A program made the translations under genes and the position numbers. A stretch of DNA of 64,000 nucleotides from Selaginella moellendorffii. Lineage: Eukaryota; Plantae; Lycopodiophyta. Shown here piece by piece: positions 62,823-64,000 of this stretch (positions are counted from its first letter, which is position 1; the number at the start of each line of letters is the position of its first letter). The notes beneath the pieces were generated by a model. The model saw only the letters and a list, made by a program, of their open reading frames with translations. It was not told the DNA's origin and did no database searches. The stretch covers positions 1,085,250-1,149,249 of the forward strand of contig NW_003314298.1 in NCBI RefSeq assembly GCF_000143415.4. Direction: 5' to 3'.

Positions 62823-64000
62823 TCATATAGTGGGTTTTCCAGATTTCAGGATCCAGCTGAACTGGCTTGCACTTGCCGCACTGTGAAGCGGCTTGGCTTT
62901 CTTCTGAGCTCTCTGTTCCAGCTTTCGGAAACGCTGGACCAGGCCGCAGACGTAGTCCTGAGCTTGTTGAGCTTCACTGGAAAGGCCTGTCAGGCTCTCA
63001 ACTTTCCAGGTCTGAATCAAGTGCTCCATAATGTCGGTGTAATCCTTGGACGTGTACACCTTGCAGTCTTGAGCGATCACGGCATAATCTCGGAACAAGT
63101 TGGTGTTTTCTCCATCAGTCATCAGGTGTGCCGGCATTGTTATCTTCTTCTTCATCATCTCCTGGAATGCCAGCATTACCCCGTTCGGATCGATCTCAAA
63201 CAGCCTTCCGACGATTCTGGTGTATGCTATCTCGTGCCTCTTCTCGTCTGACGCTATTATTCCACAGACAGTTGCCAGCTTGAGATCACCGTATTCTTTT
63301 GCGTGGCGTGCCGTGTTCCCATGAGAGATAAATGTCGCTCTTTCTTGGAAGGAGGTGTAGATGAAACCATTGTAAGGATCATTGTCGATCTGAGGTTCCT
63401 GCAAAGGTTTTTCTCGAAATTAGACTAATGCTTCAAAGCATTTTGCAGGCTGCTGCTCTTACCATGCCGGAGCCGATCAAGTACTGGGTGGTACGTTCGA
63501 CCATTGTCATGTTGACTCTTCCTGACAAATACAGATATTTGTTGAGCAGCTCTCCATGCCTGTTCTCCTCGGCTGTCCAGGCCCTGATCCAAACTGCCCA
63601 CGGGGTGTCACTACAGCCCGACTCGTCTCTCACGCCTTTGAAGGTGTTGAACATCGTCTGATAAGTCGGAAGAGCTTCCTCTGTGATCATGTCGCCGATG
63701 AGACACACCAAGTGATCGTCAGGGAGACTGGAAACTCTCTTTTGGAGCTCCAAGACCTCATCGTAGAATGTGGGTGAGGAAGAGTCGGGAAGAAAGTCTT
63801 GGGGCTGCCAGCATTTCTCGACAGGCTTGAGAAGAGGGAGGAGACTTTTGACGGCCCAGTCACTCATGGAGTCGATGACTTCCACTCTGTCCCGCATAGT
63901 CGTCTCCGGATCACGTAAGTTGGAACTCTGCCTTGGCCTGCTGCTTACGAACACCGGTTCCGGCTTCTTGATACTGATTTCTAGCGTGGAATTTCTACAG
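62823..64000 (-). CDS. SAD: Stearoyl-ACP (acyl-ACP) desaturase; 5' part outside the window
   Basis: [27 protein letters not shown], diiron motifs WTAEENRHG and [26 protein letters not shown]. Confidence 0.95.

Overview
Compact plant nuclear DNA with very short GT-AG introns (~45-75 nt) and about 25 genes or pseudogenes in 64 kb. The gene content and intron size suggest a non-seed plant, most likely the lycophyte Selaginella (inference, not verified). In order: repeat fragment; CYP71-clan P450; prolyl 4-hydroxylase; secreted bulb-type lectin copy 1; PLS-class PPR pseudogene; IQD; frameshifted Fic-domain gene; HAD hydrolase; an orphan gene built from tandem exon+intron units; ~7.5 kb AT-rich block with a decayed Ty3/Gypsy pol; organellar ClpB; small G-patch gene; P450 fragment; lectin copies 2 and 3 with an OPR relic between them; OPR; Orai-like channel; two NPF transporters; kinase-PP2C fusion; malectin-like/LRR RLP; YqgF; secreted LRR gene plus pseudogene; F-box; stand-alone C2 gene; MCTP; MICU; partial stearoyl-ACP desaturase. 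The best candidates for new biology are (i) an Orai homolog with Gln at the E106 selectivity position and an N-terminal WRxED heptad array, (ii) a three-copy secreted family fusing an unrecognised ~190-aa domain to a mannose-binding B-lectin, (iii) an intronless Fic-domain gene, and (iv) an orphan gene growing by exon-intron unit duplication. All calls come from reading the sequence by eye. No searches were run, and most exon boundaries are approximate.
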